Origin: Spirochaetia bacterium
GTDB taxonomy: Bacteria; Spirochaetota; Spirochaetia; SZUA-6; Bin103
Direction: 5' to 3'
NCBI GenBank assembly: GCA_965203055.1
Contig: OZ241863.1
Location: 2,784,001-2,848,000 of the forward strand
Length of the DNA: 64,000 nucleotides
The notes beneath the pieces are model-generated. The model was given only the letters and a program-made list of their open reading frames with translations. It did not search any database and had not been told where the DNA came from. The position numbers and the translations under genes were made by a program. Positions 37,825-48,190 of the stretch are shown here, one piece after another. Position 1 is the first letter of the stretch; each line of letters starts with the position of its first letter.

Positions 37825-40800
37825 TTAGCCGGACTGCCGCGCCAGCTTCTTGCGCACCCGTTCGATGTCGCGCCGGCGCCCGCGCCGCTGCCAGATGGCC
37901 AGCGCCTCTTCGAGGCGCCCCTGGCGTTCGTAGACGCGCGCCACGCCCACCTCGTCGCCGAGCTTCCGGTAGCAGCGCAACGCGTCGGCATAGTGCTTGC
38001 TGTCGCGGTACTGCCGCGCCGCCAACTCCAGGTCGCCCTTCTGCTCACGGATCCTGCCGGCCCACTTGTGGTCGCGATGCCCCATGCACGTCACGATTGC
38101 GCGATCCTCATCGCCACGCGCGAGGAACATCTTCACCGCTTCGGGATAGCGCCGCGCGCTTCTGCCGAACAGGGTTGCGTTGCGCTCGTCCGGCTCCATG
38201 TCCGCCAGCGCCGCCTCGTACGCCGGCTCGTCCTCCAGCAACGTGCAGAGCATCAATTCCGGGTCTTGTTCCTCGGCTGCGATCCGCTGCAACCGGATCT
38301 CGAAGTACTCGTAGGCCTGGTCGGGCTGCGGCCCGACCCGGTCGAGGTAGCCGAGAATCAACTCGTAGCAGCGCAGATCGACGATCAGGTCGCTCAACTC
38401 GACGAACAGCGGACAGCCGTAGACGAAGGCCGACGGCAGCGAGTCGAGCATCGCGGCGACCCGCTCGCGGCGGTCCGGCGCCGCGCCGCGGTACACGCAG
38501 TCATGCATCAGCCGCAACACCGCGCCCTTGACGCTGCTGTTGACCTGGAAGTCCGCCAGCCGCGGGCGGCGGCCGCGGCCGCGCGCCATCCGCTCCACCT
38601 CGGGCACCGAGAGGACCAGTTCGGGGCGCTTGTCCAGATAGGCCGCCGCCTCGGCGCCGCGCCCGTGATCCAGGCAGTACTCCAGGGCGTCGGCGTGGCG
38701 CTCCAGCATGGAGTAGGCCGCGGTGGCGCCCTCCATGTACATACCGGCCTCCGAACCGACGGCCAGATAGTGGGCCAGCGCCAGCGTCGGTTCGCCGGCG
38801 CGCAGCAGGCGGCCGGCCGCGCGGGTCACTTCATGGCCTCGGTCGTACAGTCCGTAATGGCCCTCCTTCAGGTAGCAGCCGACGTATTCGACCGCCTCCC
38901 GGTGGCTCTCGTCGCGGCCGTCGCGCAGCACCTCGCGGGCCGCTTCCTGGTAGCGCCCGCACTTCGCCAGGCACTCCGCCGCGGAGTGGTGATCGCCGGC
39001 GGCGCTGAACAGCTCGGCGGCGCGCTCCGGTTGCCCGTTGCGAAGGTAGATCGGGGCGGCCCGCGCCGGCTGGCCCAGGGCCGCCATGCGGACCGCGGCG
39101 CGCATGCCGGGACGCTTGGGGGTAATCTTCGCCAGTCTCTGCTCCAGGTCCCGGCGCGCCTGCGGCGAGCTCTCCGCGTAGCGGCGGAAGCAGTCGCCGG
39201 CCCGCTCCAGGTCGCCGCGTTTCTCATATACCAGCCCCGCATCGTGATGGGCGCCGGACTCGAGCAGACAGCGCAGCAGCGCGTCGCTGTCGCCGATGCG
39301 CCGGTAGAGCGCCGCCGCCCGGACGTGGTCGCCGGCCTGCTCAAACTCCTCGGCCGCGAACGACAGCAGCCCGGCGCGGCGGAACTGCGCCGCGGCCTGG
39401 GCGTGATCGCCGGCCAGCTTGAGGAAGCGCGCCGCCTCGCCGGCCGCCTTCCGTTCCAGGTGGAACTGCGCCAGCTTGCGGTACTCGCGGCCCTGTTCCC
39501 AGTTGCGCAGCACGCCCTCCTCCACCCCCAGTTGCTGCCAGCGGAGCGCCGCCTGAACGTGGTTGCCGGTCGCTTCGTAGTGCCGGGCCTCGCAGGAGAC
39601 CGCTCGCATCTCGCTCTTGGCGCGCCGCCAGGCGCGCGCCGCCTGGCGAAACGCGCCGGCCTGCTCCAGGTTGTCCGCAGCCTCGGTGGCGCGCCCGTGG
39701 CGGGAAAACAACCCGGCGGCGGCGTGATGCTCCCCCTCCCGCTCCAGGCGGCGGGCGCGCGCCAGATCCTCCTTGACCACCGCCTGGGCGTGGCGGTAGC
39801 ACTCTTCGGCCGCCGCGTAGTGCTCCCGCTCGGCGAAGTAATCGCCCTGCGCCTCCCACTCCGCCGGCGTGGACACGCGCTGCCACAGCGTGTCGAAGGC
39901 CGCCGCGTCGGTGGATCGGTACACCTGCTCGGCCAGCGCGTCGATGGTCCAGATCGGGCTCACCCGCTCCCCGTCCCAGATCACCAGCGTGTTGCGCGCC
40001 CGCGTCACCGCCACGTACAGCAGGTTCAACTCATGGCGGACGTGCGGCCCGTCGGCGTCCTCCTGCGCCCGCTCCTCGGCGATGCGCCTCCAGATCGCCG
40101 GCGAACCCTCCGCCGCCGAGAAGCGCCACAGCAGCACCGCGTCGAACTCCAGCCCCTTGGCCTCGTTGATGGTGAACACCAACTCGGTTTGCAGCGCCTT
40201 GCGCACCCGGTCGCGCTCCTGCGCGGTGCGCACCAGCACCACCTGACCAGCCCCGCCGCCCGCGATCGTGCCCAGCAGGTCGCCCTCCGCCAGCCCGTCC
40301 AGCAGCAGCGGCGGGCGCCCGCGGAAGGTCCAGCGCTCGGTGATTTCCCCGCCGGCCAGCCCCACCAGTCTCCGCTTCAGCAGCAGCAGCCCGTTGGCCA
40401 GGCTGACGATGTTGCCGACGCTGCGGAAGTTGATGCTCAGGTTGATCACCTCCGGCACCGGCAGGCCGCGCTCGTAGTAGCGCGCGCGCACCTCCTCCCA
40501 GCGGAAGCCGCTCGGATTGATGATCTGCTTGGGATCGCCGGTCAGTACGGTGCGGCGCGGGTCGGCGGCGAGCCGGAACAGCAGGGCGAGCTGCACGTCG
40601 GTGAGGTCCTGCACCTCGTCGCACACCACCAGGTCGTAGCGGAACTGGTCGCCGTGCTGTTCCAGGTAGTGCAGGGCGGCGCGGGTCAGGTCGATCTCGT
40701 CGTAGCGCCCGGCCGCGGTGAGGCGCGTCTGGTAGTACTCGGCGAGGCGGTGGATGTCGCCCCGGTCGAACGGGAAGTTGGGCGCCCGCTTGCGCCCCAG

Positions 40801-42153
40801 CCCCTCATACTCGCGCAGCGTGAGCAGCGGCTGGTCGAGGCGCCCGGCCTGCTTCTCCAGCAGGCGCAGCGCGGCCCCGAGCAGGAACCGGTGATCGTCA
40901 CCGCGCGCGGCCTCGCCGTCGCGCAGGCTGGCGGCGAACTCCTGCAGCGAGGCGAAGGAACTCTTGCGCTCGCGCGCCGCGTCGAGCTTGGCGCCCAACT
41001 CCAGGTTGCCGAGCCGCACCACGTACTCGGCCAGCTCGGCGCGTTCGCGCTGCGCCGCCTGCGCGGAGGTGAAGGAGGCGGCCAGCTCCTTGAACCGGCG
41101 CCCGCTCACCGGCGGCTTGGCGCCCTTGATGATGGAGCGGATCTCTTCCCACACCAGCTCGGCGTCGTAGCGGGCGGCGCCGGGATGACTCCGGAAGATG
41201 GCATGAAACTCGGCCAGCCCGGCCGGCGGCGCCTCCCAGCGCGGCTTCCCGGCGCAGGACATGATCTCGCGCAGCAGCTCCCCGAAGGTCGCGAAGCGCA
41301 CCGCCTGCGGCGCGCGCTCCAGCTCGGTGGCCTTCACCAGCCCGCGGTAGATGCGTTCGGAAAAGCGCTTCAGATGGGGACTGCAGGTGAGGAACAGCGC
41401 CCGTTCGGAGCCGGCCGCGGCGTTGTCCGGCAGCGCGGCCGCGGCGGCGCCGTCCGGCCGCGCGGCGAGCTGGCGCGCCCGGCGGCGCAGCAGAAAGTAG
41501 ACCGCGATGGTGGTCTTGCCGCTGCCGGCGGTGCCGGACAGCAGCAGCGGCGGCTCGCTGTGCAGCAACCGCGCCTGCTCGCGGGTCAGGTACAGGTACA
41601 GCTCCAGGTGGTCGCCCTGGTCGGTCGCCTGCAGGCGGCGCCACTCGCCCTCGTCCACCACCAGCCAGCGCTGCGGGCCGGCGTCGGCGGCGGCGCCGTC
41701 GCCGGCCGCGGCGGGCGCCGCGCGCAGGGGCTGGTCCAGCGCCGGCGACAAGTAGTCGTCGCTCAGGTCGTCGAGGTCCAGCTCCTCGTCCCGTTGCTCC
41801 ACGGCGTCCGGCGCGAATTCGAGGAACGGGGCGTTGCCGGGCACGATCCCCTGCGCGGTATCGGTCACCGCGTCGTGCTTGACCACCCCCCACACGTAGA
41901 TGCGGGTGGCCCCCGCGCCCTCCTCCCGGAGCGGACGCCCCAACGTGAACAGGATGCGGTCGCCGCGGCTGAGCCGCGCCTCGAATACCGCGCGCGCGGC
42001 GCCCTTGAGCTTCTTGACCCGCACGCCGCCGTCCCACAGGCCGTGCTGCAGGTACTCCAGCTTCTCACGCAGGCGTTGCCTGCCCTGCCGCCCCAGCGAC
42101 ACGAGGTGCGCCCGCACCTTGTCGTGCAGGAGGAGTGTATAGCTGCGCGCCAT
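37825..42153 (-). CDS. RelE-like domain + UvrD-like SF1 helicase + TPR-like repeats (TRANK1-like)
   Basis: GTAGSGKTT, DEVQD, TGDPKQ, NFRS, EAKGLEFD and LYVAVTRAR. About 650 aa of helical A..Y/F..AG repeats at the C-terminus. Confidence 0.85.
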   Translation of the reverse strand: MARSYTLLLHDKVRAHLVSLGRQGRQRLREKLEYLQHGLWDGGVRVKKLKGAARAVFEARLSRGDRILFTLGRPLREEGAGATRIYVWGVVKHDAVTDTAQGIVPGNAPFLEFAPDAVEQRDEELDLDDLSDDYLSPALDQPLRAAPAAAGDGAAADAGPQRWLVVDEGEWRRLQATDQGDHLELYLYLTREQARLLHSEPPLLLSGTAGSGKTTIAVYFLLRRRARQLAARPDGAAAAALPDNAAAGSERALFLTCSPHLKRFSERIYRGLVKATELERAPQAVRFATFGELLREIMSCAGKPRWEAPPAGLAEFHAIFRSHPGAARYDAELVWEEIRSIIKGAKPPVSGRRFKELAASFTSAQAAQRERAELAEYVVRLGNLELGAKLDAARERKSSFASLQEFAASLRDGEAARGDDHRFLLGAALRLLEKQAGRLDQPLLTLREYEGLGRKRAPNFPFDRGDIHRLAEYYQTRLTAAGRYDEIDLTRAALHYLEQHGDQFRYDLVVCDEVQDLTDVQLALLFRLAADPRRTVLTGDPKQIINPSGFRWEEVRARYYERGLPVPEVINLSINFRSVGNIVSLANGLLLLKRRLVGLAGGEITERWTFRGRPPLLLDGLAEGDLLGTIAGGGAGQVVLVRTAQERDRVRKALQTELVFTINEAKGLEFDAVLLWRFSAAEGSPAIWRRIAEERAQEDADGPHVRHELNLLYVAVTRARNTLVIWDGERVSPIWTIDALAEQVYRSTDAAAFDTLWQRVSTPAEWEAQGDYFAEREHYAAAEECYRHAQAVVKEDLARARRLEREGEHHAAAGLFSRHGRATEAADNLEQAGAFRQAARAWRRAKSEMRAVSCEARHYEATGNHVQAALRWQQLGVEEGVLRNWEQGREYRKLAQFHLERKAAGEAARFLKLAGDHAQAAAQFRRAGLLSFAAEEFEQAGDHVRAAALYRRIGDSDALLRCLLESGAHHDAGLVYEKRGDLERAGDCFRRYAESSPQARRDLEQRLAKITPKRPGMRAAVRMAALGQPARAAPIYLRNGQPERAAELFSAAGDHHSAAECLAKCGRYQEAAREVLRDGRDESHREAVEYVGCYLKEGHYGLYDRGHEVTRAAGRLLRAGEPTLALAHYLAVGSEAGMYMEGATAAYSMLERHADALEYCLDHGRGAEAAAYLDKRPELVLSVPEVERMARGRGRRPRLADFQVNSSVKGAVLRLMHDCVYRGAAPDRRERVAAMLDSLPSAFVYGCPLFVELSDLIVDLRCYELILGYLDRVGPQPDQAYEYFEIRLQRIAAEEQDPELMLCTLLEDEPAYEAALADMEPDERNATLFGRSARRYPEAVKMFLARGDEDRAIVTCMGHRDHKWAGRIREQKGDLELAARQYRDSKHYADALRCYRKLGDEVGVARVYERQGRLEEALAIWQRRGRRRDIERVRKKLARQSG

Positions 42154-42225
42154 TGGTCGGCGTAGTCTACCGCCGCCGCCGGCCCGGCCACAACCGCCCG
42201 GCGGGAGGAGGGATCGGCGCCGCGG

Positions 42226-43647
42226 TCAGCGTTCGCGGCCTGAGAGGAACAGGCCGTAGGAGTTGCTCTGCCAGGAGTTTTCCTCCGCCAGCCCGTCCCT
42301 GGTGGCGCGCATGCGCGCCACCAGGCGCTCCTGCAGGCGGCGCAGGACGTGCTCGAAGGCGACCATCCCGGCGAGGTTGTGCAGCTCGCCGGGGTCCGAC
42401 CGCAGATCGTACAGCTCGTCGCGGGTGGCCGGATTGTAGACGTACTTCCAATCCGCGGTGCGGATCATCCGGGCGCTGTACAGCGTGGTTTCGTAGCCGT
42501 GGAACTCCGCGAACACGTCGTCCGGCCAGCCCTCCGGCGCCGCGCCCTCCAGCAGCGGCGTCAGCGAACGCCCGTCGGCGCTCTCCGGCGGCGCCGCCGC
42601 GGCCAGCTCGGCCAGCGTCGGGGCCAGGTCGACCAGGTTGGCGAACGCCGCCGCGGTTGCGCCCCGGCGGACGCCGGGGCCGGCGATCAGCAGCGGTACG
42701 CGGTGCGTCTCCTCGTACATGTGAAAGCCCTTGTTGAACAGCCGGTGGTTGCCGAGCATGTCGCCGTGATCGGCGGTGACCACCACCACGGTGTCACGCG
42801 CGCGTCCGCACCGGCGCAGCGCGGCGAGCACCCGGCCCATCTGGTGATCGACGAAGCTGCAGTATCCCCAGTAGGCGGCGATCACCCGCTGCCAGTCCGG
42901 CCAGGTCAGATGGGCGGCGTTCCAGCGCCGCAGCTCCTTCTGCTGGATGAGCGGCTTGGCGGTGAATCGTTCGGCGTAGTTCGCCGGGCAGGGCACCTGA
43001 CCGGGGTCGTACATCGTGTCGTACGGCTCCGGCACGGCGTAGGGAAAGTGGGGTCCGAAGAAGGACGCGGCCACCAGGAAGGGGGAGTCGCCGGCGCTGA
43101 AGGCGTCGATCATCTCGATTGCGCGGTCCGCGGTCCACGCTTCCTGCATCTTGTCCGCGGGGAGGGTGGCGCGTCCGGCAAACGGCGCCGCCGCCCCCCA
43201 CTCGAGGCGCTGCACCTCGGCGCGCGCGAAGTCGTAGCCCGGCACCGTGCGCAGCCACTCGGCGCGGGGATGCCAGCGGTCGACGTGCCAGAGGGCGGCG
43301 TCGCCCTCCCGCGGCAGGTGCCACTTGCCGGTGTAGCCGATCCGGTAGCCGGCCGCGCTGAGGCCGGAGAACAGCGTCGGCTGACCGATCAGTTGGCGGT
43401 CGAACACCCCGTTGAAGTTCCCCATGTTGGAGAGCTGCAGGTGATTGTGAGGATAGCGGCCGGTGAACAGGGAGGCGCGCGCGGGAGTGCACAGGGCAAT
43501 CGGCGTGTAGGCGTTGGCGAAGCGCACGCCGGCGGCGGCGACTGCGTCCATCGCCGGCGTGCGGCAGAACTGCGCCCCGTTGCAGCCGAGCGCGTCGTAG
43601 CGGAGCTGGTCGGCCAGCAGGAGCAGCAGGTTCGGCGGGCGCGTCAT
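42226..43647 (-). CDS. Sulfatase
   Basis: PNLLLLLADQ, CTPARASLFTGRY, GKWH and TADHG. Confidence 0.9.
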   Translation of the reverse strand: MTRPPNLLLLLADQLRYDALGCNGAQFCRTPAMDAVAAAGVRFANAYTPIALCTPARASLFTGRYPHNHLQLSNMGNFNGVFDRQLIGQPTLFSGLSAAGYRIGYTGKWHLPREGDAALWHVDRWHPRAEWLRTVPGYDFARAEVQRLEWGAAAPFAGRATLPADKMQEAWTADRAIEMIDAFSAGDSPFLVAASFFGPHFPYAVPEPYDTMYDPGQVPCPANYAERFTAKPLIQQKELRRWNAAHLTWPDWQRVIAAYWGYCSFVDHQMGRVLAALRRCGRARDTVVVVTADHGDMLGNHRLFNKGFHMYEETHRVPLLIAGPGVRRGATAAAFANLVDLAPTLAELAAAAPPESADGRSLTPLLEGAAPEGWPDDVFAEFHGYETTLYSARMIRTADWKYVYNPATRDELYDLRSDPGELHNLAGMVAFEHVLRRLQERLVARMRATRDGLAEENSWQSNSYGLFLSGRER

Positions 43648-43717
43648 ATTCTCGTTCTTCTTCGATGAAGAGTGCCGCGCCGCGCGGCGCGGCACTCCCC
43701 GCTCCGACACGCGGCGT

Positions 43718-45679
43718 CTAGCTGCGGAAGAAGAACTGCTCCGGGTGGTTCGGCTGAAACCGGATGGCGTCGTAGCCGTGCGCGCCCTCGGTGGGCACGT
43801 TGACCAACTCGGTGTTCACCAGCACCGGCTTCATCACGTCGCCGATCAGGCCGATCACGAAGGCGTTCTCGGCGTGCGTGCGCAGCACGTTGTCGATCAG
43901 CCGGTCGCGCTCGGCCAGGTCCACGGTGGTCGTGTACTGCTCCCACCACTCTCTGATCCGCTTCACCTCGGCGATCGGCTCCTCACCGCGCTCGCCGCCG
44001 GAGAGGTACCAGTACAGCCACTGCGTATACCACACCGCCTCGTCCATGTCCCGCCAGGGTACCCAGACGCGCGGGTCGATCAGCATGGTGGTGGTGAAGC
44101 CGACCACGTTCCACTCGTTCATCTCCACCAGGTTCTGGCGCACGCGCTGGCCGTACAGCGCCCGGTCGTCCGCCTTGACCAGCACCTCCAGCCCGACGTC
44201 CTTGGCGTAGTCGACCACCAGTTCCACCACCGGCGGCGCCCAGGTATGGGTGTCGGGCGGATATTCCCAGGTGACCGACAGGCGCCGGCCATCCTTCATC
44301 AGGCGGTAGCCCTGCGCGTCACGCTGGTTCAGGCCCATCTCATCGAGCAGCCGGTTGGCCATCTCCGGGTCGTACTCGACGTGGGCATTGGCGTACTCCT
44401 CCTTGAACCACGGCGTCATGCGGTGGACCGTGGCCTGCATCGGCGTCGCCAGCCCGAACTGGGTGGTCTCGTTGACCTCCTCCCGGTCGATGGCGTGCGA
44501 GAAGGCGATGCGGAACCGCCTGTCGCGGAACACCTCGCGCTTCACCGGATCCTCGATCGTCAGGTTGAACTGAATGCCCATCTGGTTGGCGTCGGTCACG
44601 ATCCAGTTGTACACCTCGTAACCGCCCTTCTCCTTGTTCTCCTGGTAGACCGGGAAGTCGGCCAGCGCGCTGTTCTGCCCGAACAGGTCGAACTCGCCCT
44701 GAATCGCCTTCAGCACCAGCACCTCGCGATCCTGCACCACGTGGATGGTGACGCCGTCGACGTAGGGGAGCTGGTTGCCGGCGGGGTCCACCTTCCAGTA
44801 ATAGGGATTGCGCTCCAGGGTATGACTCTGCGGGTTGGAGGCGACGCGCCGGTAGGGCTGCATGGTGGGCTGCTCGCCGCAGGCAATGACGCTGCAGACG
44901 CGGTTCTTGTTGTTGAACAACTGGTGCCACTCGTCGAAGCCCGCCTCCTTGGTCATGTCCGCCAGCGTGGCGGCGTCCTGGAACTCGGCGTGGAACTGCT
45001 GCAGGTAGTGGCCCGGCGAGTAGGAATTGGGGCCGCCGGCGTAGTGGGCGTACTGCATCTCGATCAGCGGGTAGGGCGCCGCGAACTCGTAGCGGATGGT
45101 GTATTCGTCCACCTGGGTGAGCTTCATCAGCTCCCCGCCCGGCGTCCAGCGCGAATGCGCCTGCGGCGTCAGCGTCTCGTTGCCGATGATGTGGTCGTAC
45201 CAGAACATCACGGCATCGGCGCTGAACGGCGCGCCGTCCGACCACTTGGCATCCTCCACGAAGCGCATCACCACCGTCTTGCCGTCCGGCTCCCACTCCC
45301 ACGAGCGGACGATGTTGGGCACTACCCCGGAGTAGTCGGTCTTGATGCGCATCAGCGTTTCCGGACCGACCGCCGACTGCGGGTCGCCGAACCACGCCCA
45401 GGCGCTCGGGATGCCGACGCTCAGATTGCCTCCGTAGCGGCCCACCTCGTCGAGGGGCGTGATCACCACCGGCTCGGCCGGCAGCCGCTCCTCCACCGGG
45501 GGCAGCTCCCCGGCGGCCACCATGGCCGCCAGCATCGGCGCCTCCCGGTAGGCGCCGCTCATCATCGCGGCCTCACCTGCGGCCGCGCCGGCGGAGGAGG
45601 ATTCCTCGGTGGCGCCCGCCCAGGCGGTGCCCAGCGCCAGGGCGCCGAGCGCGGCGCTTGTCATCAGCTTCTTCAGCAT
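43718..45679 (-). CDS. ABC transporter substrate-binding protein, family 5 (peptide/oligosaccharide)
   Basis: Signal peptide MLKKLMTS, GELPPVEERLP, KWSDGAPF and RNPYYWKVD..GNQLPY. Confidence 0.9.
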   Translation of the reverse strand: MLKKLMTSAALGALALGTAWAGATEESSSAGAAAGEAAMMSGAYREAPMLAAMVAAGELPPVEERLPAEPVVITPLDEVGRYGGNLSVGIPSAWAWFGDPQSAVGPETLMRIKTDYSGVVPNIVRSWEWEPDGKTVVMRFVEDAKWSDGAPFSADAVMFWYDHIIGNETLTPQAHSRWTPGGELMKLTQVDEYTIRYEFAAPYPLIEMQYAHYAGGPNSYSPGHYLQQFHAEFQDAATLADMTKEAGFDEWHQLFNNKNRVCSVIACGEQPTMQPYRRVASNPQSHTLERNPYYWKVDPAGNQLPYVDGVTIHVVQDREVLVLKAIQGEFDLFGQNSALADFPVYQENKEKGGYEVYNWIVTDANQMGIQFNLTIEDPVKREVFRDRRFRIAFSHAIDREEVNETTQFGLATPMQATVHRMTPWFKEEYANAHVEYDPEMANRLLDEMGLNQRDAQGYRLMKDGRRLSVTWEYPPDTHTWAPPVVELVVDYAKDVGLEVLVKADDRALYGQRVRQNLVEMNEWNVVGFTTTMLIDPRVWVPWRDMDEAVWYTQWLYWYLSGGERGEEPIAEVKRIREWWEQYTTTVDLAERDRLIDNVLRTHAENAFVIGLIGDVMKPVLVNTELVNVPTEGAHGYDAIRFQPNHPEQFFFRS

Positions 45680-45768
45680 GTGACGCTCCTTTCGAGGTTC
45701 CGGCTCACGCGCCTCATACGAGGCGCGCTGCCGCCGCGGCGGCGGCAAGCGCCGGTACCTCTCGCGCG

Positions 45769-46959
45769 TTACCTCTTGTAGGGGTCGGCGGCATCGCGCA
45801 GGCCGTCGCCCACGAAGTTGAACAACAACACGGCGGCGATCACGAACAGCACCGGCGTCATCAGCCACGGGTGCACCGCCATGGTACGCACGTTCTGGGC
45901 GTTTTGCAGCAGCACGCCCCAGCTCAGCACCGGGCGCTGCAGGCCCAGGCCCAGGAAGCTCAGGCTGGTCTCGCCCAGGATCATGTTGGGAACCGCCAGG
46001 GTGGCGTTGACGATCAGGTAGCTCATGAACCCCGGCAGCATGTGAGTCAGGATGATCTTGGCGTCGGTGGCGCCGGCCAGCCGCCCGGCGGCCACGAAGT
46101 CGGCCTCGCGCAGCTCCAGGAACTTGCCGCGCACCACCCGCGCCAGGCTGGTCCACGCCACCAGCGAAATGATCACGGTAATGCCGAAGTAGCGCTTCTG
46201 CATCGACCACGCCGGCGGAATCGCCGCCGCCAGCCCCATCCACAGCGGGATGGTGGGCACCGAGCGCAGCAACTCGATGACGCGCTGGACCGCGGTATCG
46301 ACCGCGCCGCCGAAGTAGCCGGAGATGGCGCCGAGCGAGGCCCCGAGCAGGAAGCTCAGCGCGACCCCCACCAGGCCGATGGAGAGCGAAATGCGGCTCG
46401 CCTGGGTAATGCGCGAGAACATGTCGCGTCCCAGGTCGTCGGTGCCGAGCAGAAACACCATCCCCGGCGCCTCGGCCCCGAACAGGTGCAGGTCGCCGTC
46501 GATCAGGCCCCACATCCGGTAGGGCGAGCCGCGCTGCAGCAGGCGGATCGGGTAGGGCCGGCTGCGGTCCTCGGTGTAGTGGCGGCGCAGCGTCTGCCGG
46601 TCCAGCGTCTGCTCGTAGCGGTAGACGAACGGCCCGACGAAGCGGCCCTCGTGGAACAGCCGAATGCGGGTGGGCGGATGGTGGAGCGCGGCGCGGTTGC
46701 GCTCGAACGGTTCGTAGGGGCCCAGGAACTCCGCGAACGCCATCGTCAGGTAGAGGGCGAGCAGCGCCAGCGCGCTGAGCAGGGCGAGGCGGTGGCGGCG
46801 AAACGCGCGCCACACCAGTTGCCGCTGAGTGGCGAGGTAGTATCGCTCGTTGTCGTCGGGCGGCGGCGCCGGCGGGCCGGAACGGGGCGCAGCCGCGCCC
46901 GCGCCGCCCGCGTCGCCTATCTGGGCCACGGCGCGGACCCGGGTGCGGCCGGCGGTCAC
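45769..46959 (-). CDS. ABC permease (DppC/OppC-like)
   Basis: LLGTDDLGRD and ETSLSFLGLG. GTG overlaps the upstream TGA. Confidence 0.9.
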   Translation of the reverse strand: MTAGRTRVRAVAQIGDAGGAGAAAPRSGPPAPPPDDNERYYLATQRQLVWRAFRRHRLALLSALALLALYLTMAFAEFLGPYEPFERNRAALHHPPTRIRLFHEGRFVGPFVYRYEQTLDRQTLRRHYTEDRSRPYPIRLLQRGSPYRMWGLIDGDLHLFGAEAPGMVFLLGTDDLGRDMFSRITQASRISLSIGLVGVALSFLLGASLGAISGYFGGAVDTAVQRVIELLRSVPTIPLWMGLAAAIPPAWSMQKRYFGITVIISLVAWTSLARVVRGKFLELREADFVAAGRLAGATDAKIILTHMLPGFMSYLIVNATLAVPNMILGETSLSFLGLGLQRPVLSWGVLLQNAQNVRTMAVHPWLMTPVLFVIAAVLLFNFVGDGLRDAADPYKR

Positions 46960-47942
46960 GACTCCATCCTGATGCGCGGGTCGATCAGCGCCAGCAGCAG
47001 GTCGGAAATCAGGGTGCCGATTACGGTGAGGAAGCTGAGCAGCAGAATCAGGCTGCCGGCCAGATACATGTCCTGGGTGCGCAGCGCGCGCAGCAGGAGC
47101 TGGCCGGTAGTGGGCAGCGACAGCACCACCGACACGATGGCGGCGCCGGAGATGATCTCCGGCAGCAGCCAGCCGACCGTGCTGACGATCGGGTTCAGCG
47201 CCACCCGCGCCGGGTACTTGAGGATCAGATCGATCTCGCGCGCGCCCTTGGCGCGCGCGGTGATCACGTACTGCTTGCGCAGCTCGTCGAGCAGGGTGGC
47301 GCGCATCACCCGGATGATGCCGGCGGTGCCGGCGGTGCCCAGCACCACCACCGGCACCCACAGATGCTGCAGCAGGTCCAGCAGCTTGGCCAACGACCAC
47401 GGGGCGTTGAGGTACTCGTTGGAGAACAGGCCGCCCACGTCGGCGCCGAAGAGCTGGAACCCGAAGTACATCAGCAGCAGGGCGAGCAGGAAGTTGGGAG
47501 TCGCCAGGCCGACGAAGCCGAACAGGGTCACGGTGTAGTCGGTCAACGAATACTGCCTGACGGCGCTGACGATGCCGATCGGCACCGCCGCGGCGTAGAC
47601 GAAGATCAGGGTGCTCAGGGAGATCGCCAGGGTGAGCGCGATGCGCTCGCTGACCAGCGTGCTGACCGGAATCTGGTGATCGAACGACCAGCCGAAGTCG
47701 CCGCGCAGCACGCCGGAGAACCAGATCAGGTACTGCACGTAGAGCGGCTTGTCGAGGCCGTAGTTGCGGCGCAGGTTGTCGGCTATCTCCCGGTCCACCT
47801 CGGTGCCCGACGATTGCATGCGCGCCAGGTAGGCATCCATGAAGTCGCCCGGCGGCAGGTTGATCACCACGAACCCGATGATCGAGACCATCACCAGCAT
47901 GAGGATCACGTATAGGCCGCGGCGAATCAGAAACTGCTGCAT
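46956..47942 (-). CDS. ABC permease (DppB/OppB-like)
   Basis: LPPGD, YGLDKP..VQY, YVITARAKG and IDPRIR. Confidence 0.9.
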   Translation of the reverse strand: MQQFLIRRGLYVILMLVMVSIIGFVVINLPPGDFMDAYLARMQSSGTEVDREIADNLRRNYGLDKPLYVQYLIWFSGVLRGDFGWSFDHQIPVSTLVSERIALTLAISLSTLIFVYAAAVPIGIVSAVRQYSLTDYTVTLFGFVGLATPNFLLALLLMYFGFQLFGADVGGLFSNEYLNAPWSLAKLLDLLQHLWVPVVVLGTAGTAGIIRVMRATLLDELRKQYVITARAKGAREIDLILKYPARVALNPIVSTVGWLLPEIISGAAIVSVVLSLPTTGQLLLRALRTQDMYLAGSLILLLSFLTVIGTLISDLLLALIDPRIRMES

Positions 47943-47989
47943 CGAGCTACCGGATCGTCGCTGCCGGACTGCGCGGCAGGGACCGGCAG

Positions 47990-48029
47990 AGTGTAGGAGC
48001 CCCTCCCCGCCCTGTCAAAGCTGTCAAAG
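47990..48029 (-). promoter_or_regulatory. Sigma70 promoter of the ABC/sulfatase operon with a 9-nt direct repeat over the -35
   Basis: TTGACA-17nt-TACACT on the minus strand. CTGTCAAAG x2 at 48012-48029. Confidence 0.6.
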
Positions 48030-48190
48030 CCGCGCCGCCGGGCGGTCCGCCGGCGGCGTGCCGAGCGGCAGCCCGGCGGCCGCCGGCAGCTTGCCACCCC
48101 CCGCCGCGACCGCGTATCCTGCGCCCGGCGGCGGCGCTCCGCGCCGCCGCCGAATCTTCCGTACCCGGAAGTAAGGGGAGGATCATCAAG

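Noticed and set aside
37993..42165. 1390-aa plus-strand ORF and the many other Arg/Ala/Pro-rich overlapping ORFs
   Set aside because: Antisense or off-frame shadows of real genes in high-GC DNA, with no recognisable motifs.
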